NCBI GenBank assembly: GCA_002633005.1
Contig: NMRA01000133.1
Span: forward strand, 347,385 to 411,384
Direction: 5' to 3'
Length of the DNA: 64,000 nucleotides
Source: Phoronis australis
Lineage: Eukaryota > Animalia > Phoronida
The stretch's first letter is position 1. Each line of letters opens with the position of its first letter. The translations under genes were made by a program, and so were the position numbers. Under the pieces are notes generated by a model. It made no database searches, had not been told where the DNA came from, and saw nothing but the letters and a program-made list of their open reading frames with translations. This document shows, piece by piece, positions 1-12,452 of the stretch.

Positions 1-461
1 GGTTGTAAGAAATTTTTATTTAGACACTCCAATTTATGCACAATCGTCCAAAATGCTGCGAGGAGTTGTAGCAGTTTTAAACTGACCCGCGTTTGCATGA
101 GTGGCCATCAAAAGTAGGACTTTCATTACTTATAAAAAAATTGAAAACAAAGTGATAACTCTTGAAAATTGCTACGTTTTTGAGTTTTCATCTTGGACAT
201 TTTACATCAAATGAAATTTTGTCATGTCATTGACACCGTTTTTTGGTATGATTGTACCTTCCTTTTTTACTAAAGTTTACTAAAAATACATGGTCACATG
301 ACTAAATCAATGCCAGATTGGTGTACATTAAAAATCCCGTTTTATAGCCTTTCTGTTTTCAGAACAGAAATACTTTAAAATTTCTTCTTAAGTTAAATTT
401 TAATTTTGTTTGATATTTGACTAATTCCACTGCCAAGCCAATAAAGTCCTACATAACCTAA
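1..461. mobile_element. Kolobok-like (TTAA-flanked) MITE, right part
   Basis: Ends GTCCTACATAACCTAA and shares internal blocks (GAGTTTTCATCTTG, ATGAAATTT, CATGGTCACATGAC) with copies at about 41063, 47707 and 59763. Confidence 0.6.
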
Positions 462-783
462 GTTAGTTTCCCTCGTGTGACCAAACATTTACTATGTTCA
501 AGAATAAAACATTTTATTTCAGCCTGACAAAAGATTTTTAAATTTATTTTTTTTGCAATATTACACCTATGCTGTCAAAATTAAACATGCAACTGACATA
601 AGCACCCCATAAAATACAATGTTTTACCTACCTCCCCACTCAGATAGTATCTCAAACTAAAACAAATGAACATAATATTTCAAGGAGATGGTGTACGCAG
701 TAAAAACAAAACTAAGCCTCAAATACAGCATCATAAAAACTGTAAGTACCCAAATCCTGAATGATTGGGCTAATCAAACCTGC

Positions 784-3700
784 CTTAGAATTGAAGAAGA
801 TGAAATACATCTGGCAGAAGGTGAATACCAGGTGCATCATGGGACGGACCCCCAGCAGAGCACTGTTCACACAAGGCTTGTCGAAGTATTCACCAAACAA
901 CAGACCATCGTGAATCATACTGCCGACGCCAAACCCTGAGAAGATGGAAAACATGACAATTGATCTTTGAAGGATTTTAAATTTTATTGAGTAATTAATT
1001 TAACAAAAATTTATATTTTAAAAGTACATAAGTATGCCACCTTTATCAGTCTGGGCACAATTAATGACTGTGAGCCATTCAATGACAGAGGGTGTCTAGT
1101 GGCCAATCACAGCCAGGGGATATGGTCACATGATGTGCATTGCACAGAGGTGTTTCTTCCGTGTTAATATGCCTATAAATGGCACGCATTGCACAAGTAG
1201 TCTTTACATCCATGTAACAATAACTTGAACAAAACCGAGAAAGTGGTGGCAAAGGAATAAATGAAAAATAAAAGATTGCGGTAGCGATTACAAGGATATA
1301 AAGATTACGTTATGCAACAGAACATGAGTTTGGACTCTTCTTACCTATTGCACCAAGTCTCAAGTAGAAGCTGCCTGTGTGCTGTCCTGATTGGTCGAGG
1401 GTGACCTTACTGACAGGTTGCTTGCTGAGGAATCGACGACGCTCGGGACTTGGTCCCGGAGAGCAACACGTCTTGTTACTGAGAAGGTACGTGTACACAT
1501 ACGCCAGGAACAGGACACCAACACCGTATAAATACAGATAGAAGCCCTGCAGAAGAAAGCAGAAGGAGACGAGGAATGAAAGCTGTATTAGGCGCTACTT
1601 TGGAAAGTCAAAAAATGCCCAAGTTCAAGATTAATGAGAATACTGTCAAAAATAAAACCTATGAGCTTCATTCTGACCACAGTATAACCACAAAGTATTA
1701 AATTGCTTAATTTGAAGACAAATTTTTTGTTACACAAAATTAAAACAAACGAATCAAATCTCAATGGTGTAAATCAGGATGTCCTGAGGTAATAGTCATA
1801 TTATCACAGCAACACACACGCGTGTGTGCACACACACACACAGGCACGCACGCACACACACAGGCGCACACACACGCACACACACACGTACAAACATACC
1901 GAACTACAATAGCTACAAATTAAAACAGACTTGACTGAGCTGAAACACCATGACCAATGAATTTGTTCTATAAACTAAAATCTAACCTCGAAGAAGTTAT
2001 ATTTCACAGGTCTTGAGAACATTTCTGCTATTGGAAACACAGCGCCGAGAATGATCACAAAGATGGCATAAAGACCACTCAGAATGCTGAATAGACTGGC
2101 ACTGAAAGAAAACAATATACATATACTTTGCATATGTAAGTGTAATTAAAATATCTTTCCATGAAAAGAATCCTACGTTGACATCCTCACCAGTCGAGAT
2201 TGGTCAACTTGACTGGTTTGCATACCTTGCTATTGATTGGTCAACTTGACTGGTTTGCATACCTTGCTGTTGATTGGTCAACTTGACTGGTTTGCATACC
2301 TTGCTGTTGCAGTCAATTATATGGCTTCCAACTGCTGATGTTAAACACACTAGGGGGCAACAAAATGATTTTTAAATTTTCGAAAGCTTTAAATAGCATA
2401 TATGAATAGATTGTGAAAAGCACACGCTAATAGGTCCTTGAATTTTGAAAATCAGACAAGAAATTGACTTTTTGCAATCTAAAATTTTTGCATAATCTTG
2501 CCATATCATGTTCCTCAATAATTCTGCTGGGAGTGCGATATAATTGGGCCAATTACCAAACCACAACAGAGTTGGATTTTGAGGTAAGCCAAGCGTCATC
2601 GTACAATTCCGGGCATGAACTACGTAAGAATCCCACATCTAACAGGCTTTTTAGCATTTCCAATATTACTTTTTACGTGATTTCGTGTTGTACACATAAG
2701 CGCGCTTAATGTAATATTTCAACACTTGCTTTTGACAACATAAGAAGGATCTCAGATGGTCAGTAACTTTTTAAATTTTAACCTCCTTCATTTTAAATGC
2801 ATGCAGATGTCTATGAACTCTTCTCGAAATTGACACTCAGTTGATGCTTGGCCCCTACTACCTTTTGTCCCTGTTCATGGCAGGGATGTCGATTGCTGGC
2901 ATTGGTTGTGGTTTTTGCGGTTGCACCATCACCGTGGTTGGTCCGTTGTTGGTGATAGGCCGCATAGTATTGGTTCTACTGCGATTGTGGTCACTGTCAA
3001 TGCTGGAGACACTAAGCTCTTCACCTTAGAAGGAGAGAAAGTCAGCTTCATCCTTACAACATTCTCCATAATCCATGCACCCTATAGTCTTTTCGACAAT
3101 TGATTTGCCTGTTACATAACTGCATACTAAGAAGTAAAGGTTACAACTTGTTCATTATCGGTGAATTAGAATGAAATTATTGATGTTTACGTTTAATCAG
3201 TCCATAATTACCAGATATGACATTGATAAATGAATAATCACAATGTCACTGGCTTGCCAGCAAGTAGCATAATTCGTTTCGTTATTCAATAAATCGAGAC
3301 CAGACAGAAATAATCCTGCAACATCTCACCAATTTCGGAAACAATATGGCCGACTAGTGTAATTTTATTATAACATTTTTCCATAAAAGATACGTCGAAC
3401 AAAACTACGTTTAAGTTCTTTACCATAACAACCGTCAGATGTTTTGAAAACACGTGACCATCACATCAATGCTAGAAAATTACACAAAGGCAGTTTTGGT
3501 AATTATGTTTCTTCAATATTGGTAACATTTTACTGTAACCCTATTCTGTTGTAATCACTTGTAAAACCGTGATCACTGATACACACACATATATATATAC
3601 ATTATATATCACTTGTAAAAATTGAAACATTTTCATGCTGACTTCAATTTCTATTTTAACTTTGTAAATTTGTACTGCAATTTACAAATCATTATATTTG

Positions 3701-4180
3701 ATTGTAAGCTATATTGAATAGTTTTCAGGACTGATATAAAACTACAAACAAAATAAAGTCTTGAATACTCTGCAAACGTTGCAGAACATCCAGAAAGAAG
3801 AACAGAGTTGTAAAAATTTTATTGGATGGCAGTATGATAACTAGTCTATTGTAATGCCACACAAAAAGTAAACAGTAAATCATTCCTACAACTCGTTCCA
3901 AACATTATTGCTGGAATGCAGGTTTTTGTGCAATAAAAATGGCTGTCATTACAAGATTATCCTCCTACCGGTATCCGAAAGTGGTGATATCGTTGGTAAG
4001 AGCTCCGTCTCCGGTTTCCCGCTCATATGATTCTGTGTGACCAGAGTGTTGCGATGTCGTGATGCACTCGACACATTGCTGCAAGGCAGACTGGCATTGG
4101 ATGATGTTAACTGCTGCGACGTTGGAGTAGACGTACCTCCAGAAGCGATCAGGGGTTTCTTCACAGCAGGAGGCACCCAA
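784..4180 (-). CDS. OTOP: Otopetrin-family proton channel, partial multi-exon gene (3' part continues beyond the left edge)
   Basis: Phase-compatible exons with AG acceptors: 4180-3969, 3024-2862, 2101-1987, 1546-1345, 935-784 (or 780). Spliced peptide contains LFSILSGLYAIFVIILGAVFPIAE, EGFYLYLYGVGVLFLAY, HTGSFYLRLGAIGFGVGSMIHDGL and HLVFTFCQMYFIFFNSK, characteristic otopetrin motifs. Confidence 0.9.
1812..1888. repeat. (CA)n/(CACG)n microsatellite
   Basis: Direct reading. Confidence 0.9.
2198..2309. repeat. 37-bp minisatellite x3
   Basis: GATTGGTCAACTTGACTGGTTTGCATACCTTGCTRTT at 2198, 2235 and 2272. Confidence 0.9.
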
Positions 4181-7100
4181 CTGCAGCAAAGAAAAATGGA
4201 GGATTAGATAATGTAGTGAAATAATTCCTAGTTTTTAATTTCATTGAAAATATAGTTTTTGACTTTATTCAAAGAGTCCAACAATAAAGTGAAGTTTAAA
4301 AGTTCTGTCAAAACAATCATAACTGATAAACGCTTTTGTTAAAATTTTCGGTGACTATGCTAAATTTTCACTTATTTTGCCAAATAGTCGTTGTTAATGT
4401 CTTCAAAGGTTTGCTTGGTTTTCTGGAAACTTTACCAAACATTGTTTTGTAACTTCTACACATTACAAACGAAGCTGAAATTTATTTCTTTTGAGGAATT
4501 TCACAAATTATTTGTGTGCTGCATTGTGTACTAAATTTTCAAACAAGTAGAATATACACGATCAACTTCCTTGAGCTTAATAGGACACAACACGTACAAT
4601 TTTATAGACCTTATTCACGTAGTCGCTATTTCATAAAAAGCCTCTTTTTAGGCTTAAAAAACATATATTTGAGACATAAATATAATGAGGCACACAGAAA
4701 ATTGCATTTTGCACTATAAGACACAGAATGCAATGTTTTTTTTTTAAAACCTAAAAGGATGCTCTTTGTAAAATGACAACTGCATGAATAAGGCGTATAA
4801 TGATGTAAAAAAAGACAGAACTGACCAATCACAAAGAAACACCGGTCTATTGCACAGGCATTAACGCAAATGACCTAAATAAACTATTTTAATTCTAATG
4901 GGAAATACAGCCATAACGAGTTCAAAGATTTTTATTGGCTTGGGGCAGCACTATAAATTTGTTTTAATTTCCTAAGTTATTAAAATGACAGCCAGTAACT
5001 AATCAGAGCTATTGACTTTGCCCAGAATTAACCCAGAAACCTTAAAAATATCAGTTAAACACCTTATATTCTTCTCTACTTCCATTAGGAAAACATAGTT
5101 TCAAAGGAATTGTAACTGATCTGAAAGGTCTCCACCTGCCGGTATGCTGTAATTCCAGCTAGTTTCAAGGGCTTTTCATAACAACGTCAACGTTCTGAGG
5201 AGCGTTCTCTGGTCCAAGATCAAAGTTAACAGCCCCTCATGCAAAAGTGGAAAATTTTCAAAAGAATTCTTCAAAACCTTTCGAAGAGCAGTGTGATCGT
5301 ATCTGAATGTTTCAGTGAATACGATCGGTCATTTCATAGTCATATGATGTTCCAAAGTTACCAGTAGCTAACCTAGGACCTTTTTGCACAATTCCACAAT
5401 TCCAACATAATGGCAATGCTAAATTAATAGCTGTTTATATAACATGACTATTACCTTGGGGTAAAAACGAATGTCAAATGTTTTGGGTAAATGTTAGGGT
5501 CCTTATAAACAATCAAGTCATGAAATTAGGTAAGCTTAAACTGTTTCTATGGTTACGTATACTGTGATCATAATGGAGCTCATGGGTGTCACAGTATTTT
5601 TGACTTCTTCGAGTGAATTCTTATCTGACTTTAAACCTGACCATCTTTGACCTAACATAGCAGCGGAATGGCAATAAAACTTTAACTTCCTATACTAAAA
5701 ACATGGCTTAAGGCAAATGGTTTTTAACAAAATAAGTTTAAATTTGTAAAAAACTAACATTTTGCAAATCAAATTTATTGTCTTCCCGGACTACAAGTAC
5801 CACACTGTAATAAGAATCTAATATAATTTGGTTCCAGATAATTACAGTTGGAATCCCATCAACAAAATCCATACGCCAATCACACTTCTGTTTTACGATT
5901 TAGCAATCAGACAGTTAAGGTATAAGTGAGATTTGATGAAACAAAACTCGATTAATATTGCTGATAACAAAAAATAAGGACACAATAAATTTTCATCCGA
6001 CTTTTCAACTAACTTCTTAAAAATTCTTAAAAAGACTGAATAGCTTTATTGCAAAGACTGCAGGAGAATATGAGTGAACTGTTTACTACAACCTTACACC
6101 ACATCTGCTACAACTGTACTTATCACGTACCACGTACAGCGATCAAAATGAAAAAAACAATGAACCCAGAACTTCAGCAATTAAGGCGCATGTTTACAAA
6201 TAGGTGCAATAAACATTCTTGTGTGTAAAAAACTATTTACAGACGCGTTACGGAAGGTAGTTTCAACTTGGAAAACAAATTTTTCTTAATTTTGCACATA
6301 AAATTTTACCTGTGGTACTTGCAAGGCCTTAACGAAAATACAATAGCAGGTGCTAACGATCGCAGACAAGGTCAGAAAATGAAAAAGTTGGCAGTATATG
6401 GAAATGTCTTCCAGTATTCCGTGAGGCAGAACCGGAAATAGACAAAAGGAGTTATTGTTTTTGTAAGTGGTCTTTCTTAACGACAGGTTACCTTGATTTG
6501 GGATTGCGAACAAAACACAGGGTGATTATGTTATAATCCAGGTATGTTTTGAAACAACTGTGAAGGTAGAACTGAACATTCCAAATTTCTTTAAAAAAAC
6601 GTTCCTCAGAGCAACCGCAAGAAAAGCCAGTATACCCGAGTAGTACCGGTTTAAGATTAAGGTTCTTGAGCTTAAATAGGTGAAGTCCAAAGTAGTGAGA
6701 GAATGCCTGCCTGCAACTACTGTTACAGAAAGAATTATGCTAAGACCACGAGTTGTGAGCTATTCTTGTTGAACAATCTAACTGATAAATAACTGTTGGT
6801 TTTTCACAGTGATACCATTTCCTTGACCCCTTAGTGTCAACAAAACCTCTTAAACAGTTGATGAGGAATTTGTAAGAGGTTTTAGTTATTTCTTTAAACG
6901 CAGAAATACACAAAACTGCCCAACAAACATGCTTTGTATGTTTGCATGCTGTACCCTGGCAAATAAAAAATCAACCGTATCAGGTGTCAATGTCCAATAT
7001 TTTGAGGGATAAACAAGGTCATTATCATGCACTGACATTCTATGGAAACAGACAGTGCTGTTTTGGAAGAACACTTAATGATAGAATGTTTAAAGGCAGA

Positions 7101-9551
7101 TTACCACTGGCGCTGTTCCCATGATAAAATTAATTATTGGAAATAATCCCGTGCTTTTACCAAGCAGATCTTTAGCAGGATTTTTTTGTATTGGGACATG
7201 AATTGACTGGGATTCCGAGTTTCAGCAAATTTTACTGGATTCATAATGGGGAGAATTATTATTCTTGATTTGTTGATTCAATAAAAATTTTAACCGTTAT
7301 ATGTATCATAAGATCCGTGGTGCTGGCGTATGCGTTGTGCTGCACTTACTTTGTTAGTGTCAGTACCAGCCAATAGGGGCAACATAACCTTTCGGTATTC
7401 ATGAATACTTGGGGCACAAGGCAGTTTGGGAATTAACACCGTGTATTTTTACTCGAAATATTTCTGGGATTTCAAAGTACATGGGAATGGCACTATAGAG
7501 TGATTCAAAATGTAGCCCAAATCCAGTCCATTCAATATGCCTATGACCTGAGGTCACTCAAGAAAGATTTTTTTCAAATTCATAGATATTTACAAATTGG
7601 CATCAAGAGCTCTGTTTGTCTTCATGTATCATTTAAGATACTATATTGAACTTGACGTACATAAGAGCTAATCAGAAAACAAAAACGATCACAAAATATT
7701 AGGGAAACAAATAAAAATTAACTAGATGACGTTATTCCAAGATGTTTGAATAACTGACTCATTTTCAGTGAATTTTCGGTGAAGAAACAGTATCCCTAAT
7801 AGCAATTCAAATCAATAATGCACTCTCTACACTAACAAAGTAAGCCATTTATTCAATACCCTTACATATCACATATCTGCTATTATATTGGTACACTGTC
7901 GTCTGCCTTCAGTCAACATGGATCGTTTTGTAATGTAGACAGGTGTGCAGGTGTGCGGCCTAAATACTAGAGTCAATACAACCACCAGATGGCCTGACAG
8001 GCAAAAGACCTTCTCTGTATAAGCATTGATTTTCTATTAGTTTGGTGAATTGGCCTAATTCAATATTCATTTCCCAGGGGGATGGCAAAAATCAAGACGA
8101 TACTCAATGGTTGGCTGAGCGTGACTTTTGCTGAGGAGGCGATTGTTTACAAGAATCCAAACAAAAAACAAGACAACACATAATATTTTAGAAACAGATG
8201 GTTCTGTAACTCATCTGCTGCTACACAATGGTCATTGTCTACCAGAGGCGTGACATCCCCCTTTTTCCACACCTCAATAGTCCAAAGACCAATTAGTCCC
8301 AAAGCACAACAGCTCATTTGTACAAAGAATTTCTGCTTCTCTGACGGCTCACTGGCCTGTGGACAGTAACTTAGCTCAAATACCAAGCCCCAATAGCAAA
8401 TGAATGTGGCCTACTTGGCTGCTGTCACTTCAGCAATGTCTCTCTGGAAGAGTCAAATTAAGTGAAGAAGAGGGTTCTCAAGAGTTCTAAATCTGGTGTT
8501 TTGTACAATGGGCCGAACCTACGTATGTGGCCTGTGCACACCGATGCAATTCAGGTATTGGACTGCCTGCTATCCAAGCTTTTTATCTGAGGGTGCATGG
8601 AAGCATTGTTCTACACCAGATTGAGAAAATGGAAAAATCTAAATTTTTGGCAGCACTTTACTATTCAAGAAGCAAGATTTAGCTCCACCCAAGAATCAGA
8701 TATTCTTCATTAGCATTTAAAAAAAAGCAAAGGTAAAACAACTTACAAATAACTCGAGTGTCCAAATAGTAATCAATAATCTATAGAAAAATTCGTTGTT
8801 CGACATTCAACAAATGCATTGAAAATGGAAGATTCTGGCAGTGCAAAATAGCAACATAATGTTTCTCATTGGTTTCACCTTTTATTTAAGACAGCGTTTC
8901 AGTCAGAGGTTTCAATTTTTAATCCAGGTTTTTTATAATCACGGACATTGTTGACTTAGTGAACTGGCAGACCGAGCATTTTCTGCTGTTAAGATTCTGA
9001 GCATATTCTGTTGCTAGATAGTGGTAGATGTATTCAGGTTGCCAAGACACCCTGTACCACGGTAACCAATTAAAGTCACAATTGTAGCAGATAGCGATTA
9101 GTCATTTACATAATTAACTTTTGCCTCTGAAAATAACAAGACAAGACACGAACACTGGCGTCAGGAGCTTTTACATTATTAAATGAATTGCAAGTATGTT
9201 GCAGTAGACCAACCACACAGTCCCACTGCAGCTAATAACTCTTACCACACACATTTCTTGAGTGTGCGACTAATTTGTAAGCGAGGTTTTTATAGATATG
9301 AGCCGACACCCACAAAACATCGCAGTAAAACACTCGGTGTAGTGCTGTCTTACTTGGAATCCAGAGGTAACAGAAAACTAGCTGTTCAAGCAATGTTACA
9401 AGAAGAGATACTAAACTAATTGGAACCATTAATGAAGTCAATGGTTTCAACATGTTACAGCTGGGTAGTCTAGGATAACTGCCAGCTTGGCTCAAACAAG
9501 ATCACTGCCAGCATGGCGCAAACATGAATCTAGCCACTTTTACATGAGAGA

Positions 9552-9607
9552 CAGTTGTCACGGTGCCAGTTGTCACGGTGCCAGTTGTTACGGTGCCAGT
9601 TGTCACT
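9552..9607. repeat. 15-bp tandem repeat x3.7
   Basis: CAGTTGTCACGGTGC units. Confidence 0.85.
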
Positions 9608-10040
9608 GTGTGACTTGCTCCACTTCAGTCACATTTACATGACATTACATTGCAAATTGGACCAGCAGGAGTCACTTACACGAAGACTGTCTGCGCATGC
9701 TCACATAAACAATAGCGAACGTCCAAACCACGTGGAATGCCAGCGGATCACCCACAAATACGCTATTGCACAAGTGCATTAAAAGATGATCCGTTCCACC
9801 ATGTCCCAGTTGTGTTAAGAGGTGTAGTTGAACGGAGCAACTGATTGAGTGCAACTCGCTCTACCTCTCACAGTGGTGTCAAAAATAGCCCTCGCTAAGT
9901 CAACTTGCTTCATGTCAGTCGTGTTTGCACACACACTTGCTCCCGATCAGCTGCTCCGTGTTAGTAACTCCGTGATAGCTGTCTCTCGTGTAAATGCAAC
10001 TTATGACTGCCTACATGACCCATACAGCATCACTACCATC

Positions 10041-10260
10041 ATGGCCCAAATAGGATGACCGACGGTCAGCATGGCCCAAATAGGACAACTGACAGTCAGC
10101 ATGGCCCAAATAGGACAATTGACAGTCAGGATGGCCCAAATAGGATGACTGACGGTCAGCATGGTCCAAATAGGATGACTGACAGTCAGCGTGACCCAAA
10201 TAAGATGACTGACAGCCAGCGTGACCCAAATAGGATGACTGACAGCCAGCATGACCCAAA
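10041..10260. repeat. 30-bp minisatellite x7.3
   Basis: ATGGCCCAAATAGGATGACTGACAGTCAGC units. Confidence 0.92.
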
Positions 10261-12328
10261 CAGTGTGGCCCAACAACTCATGCAGATAGCCGGCAAGAGA
10301 GGCGCGTCCTTGGGAGATACTTCCATAGAACAGGTATAAGGAACATCACGCTCAGATGTGTGACTCTTCATGATCAATTTTATTACAAGAGTGAATTTTC
10401 ACAGAGAATTTCCTTCTAAGCTGCGCCCTCTGATTTAATTCTCTACAAAATGTTCAATTTCCGGGTTCAAAGCTCAACAGAACTGAGAAATCCAGCTTAG
10501 AATGGTGAACTATACAAACTTAAAGGCGAACCGTACAATAGAATGTTAAGTTATTACGATATTTGACAAAAATACGTATCTTAATGCAGAAATGAGAAAA
10601 ATATCTCGTTTTCAAACAGGTGAACACATTTAATGAGTCTTTAGAAGATTACACATCAAATGTCCCGTAGACGCACTTTATCTGTTACACCTGCAGACAC
10701 AGCTAGAAAATGTAAACTTCTACACGTATTTATTAACACAAAGTCACATTTGTAACGAAGTCATAGCTTAAAGCTCTTTCACAAACATTTCTATTGCCCT
10801 GTATGATTTAAATACCTGTCCAATGAAATGAATTCATATAACAAAATCTTAGCAATATTCATTCTCATCAGATTTGTAAAAGCAAAAATTTAATCTCTGC
10901 AACAAGAATGGTAGTTGTTAACATTGGCATGCTGGCCTGAAGGTTTGACAATCAGTAGTTAATGCTGTACTTGAATTTACTATAATCAATTTTTAGATGG
11001 TCATGCGATGAATGGAATTTCTAAAGGAAAGAAACAAATTGTAGACAAAGATGGAAAAATCCATACAGTTCAATAGAATCAGTCACCTTGACAACAGAAC
11101 ATGGCCTTCACGTCTTAAAGTGAAGGCGCATGTATTTTTCAATTAACCATCACTCTTGGGTTTTGTAATGGAAACATACACTTTCCACTGTCCACAAACT
11201 ATTATGGTAAAATCTCTCCAATTTAAGACAAGATGCGGCAGACAAGAGGAATTTTATTTTATTTTTTAAAAAAGATATGTTGTACCAAATTAATACTTTT
11301 CTATTGTACCATAGCTGACATATGACAAAGTGATGAAAATTGTGGGTTGTCACATCAACGTTAAGGGGACTTTGAAAAAAACAAAAAGGGCAATTTTGTC
11401 CGAAATGAGTGAAATTTAGCCATATGTCATGTGTTACAGTCTCCTAATAATTATGACACATCACCTGGAAACACAACACAAGCGTGAAGACAATTATCCA
11501 ACATTGCCTCATGTTCAGTGTGCTAAACAAAGATATTCATAAATTTCCCATAGATTAGCGACCATAACCACAGGGGTTCTCGGTCACTGGACTTATTGAT
11601 AAAAGGCAAGGTGTGTTAATCGATAAGAAGAATCCATAGAGAGGCTAATTAGTACAGACTCATCGGTAATGATTTTTTCATCTTAACAAATTTATCTTGT
11701 CTTCTATTTAGAGCATCGTAGAAAGGGAATCACAACTAAATAGCAATTGCTTAATGGAACAGAATTTTAACGGATGAAATACCAAAGTTTTGCGTTATAC
11801 ATATTGATATAAATTGTGTGTTGTTGAAATGGGGTTCACATAGATTGAATATGAGAACAATAAGGGTTAGTACAAATGTGAAAACCATTATAACTGACCA
11901 ACAGATGGCAGGTTCAGCTACGTCTTAATACTGAACTGATTTGTGTTAACACCTATGCTCAGCTTAACGCTTACTTGCAAAAATGTGCCCGGCTTAGCGC
12001 TCATGCTCTATGGTCGAGATGAATGCTTTGAAGCAACTGTGTCCTTGAGAATGTCCGACTCGCGTGAATTTTAGCTCCCAAAAACCTACGCAAGTTGAAT
12101 ACACTCGAGTAGTGAACTGTTGGAAATCGAACTATTGGGGTACCTTGTCCTATTCGGGCCTAAAATAACGAAATTTCCTGCTACGCTTTATTTCATTATT
12201 ACAACGAAAACGCCATGGTAACCCTCATTGACCACTGGTGCAAGCACTTCCCCCGCCTTTATCTAGAGGATGTCCAGGGCTTTCAAATGGACATCCCGAC
12301 TCAAATTTAGAACCCTAGCAACGATGTC

Positions 12329-12452
12329 TTGTTCAACATTAAGAAGTAGAGTACCTTAAGCATGGTGTCACTTCCTAAACAGCAGCTCCATTGTTCAACA
12401 TTAAGAAGTAGAGTACCTTAAGCATGGTGTCACTTCCTAAACAGCAGCTCCA
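12329..12452. repeat. 62-bp exact tandem duplication
   Basis: TTGTTCAACATTAAG...CAGCAGCTCCA at 12329 and 12391. Confidence 0.9.

Noticed and set aside
688-939. Plus-strand 83-aa ORF
   Set aside because: Antisense shadow of an otopetrin exon.
2198-2309. 37-bp repeats of CRISPR-like length
   Set aside because: Units are contiguous with no spacers, the context is a eukaryotic intron, and there are no cas genes.
10001-10377. Repetitive ORFs in several frames (GHADCQSSYL, MTDSQHGPNR)
   Set aside because: By-product of a 30-bp minisatellite; no splice or homology support.
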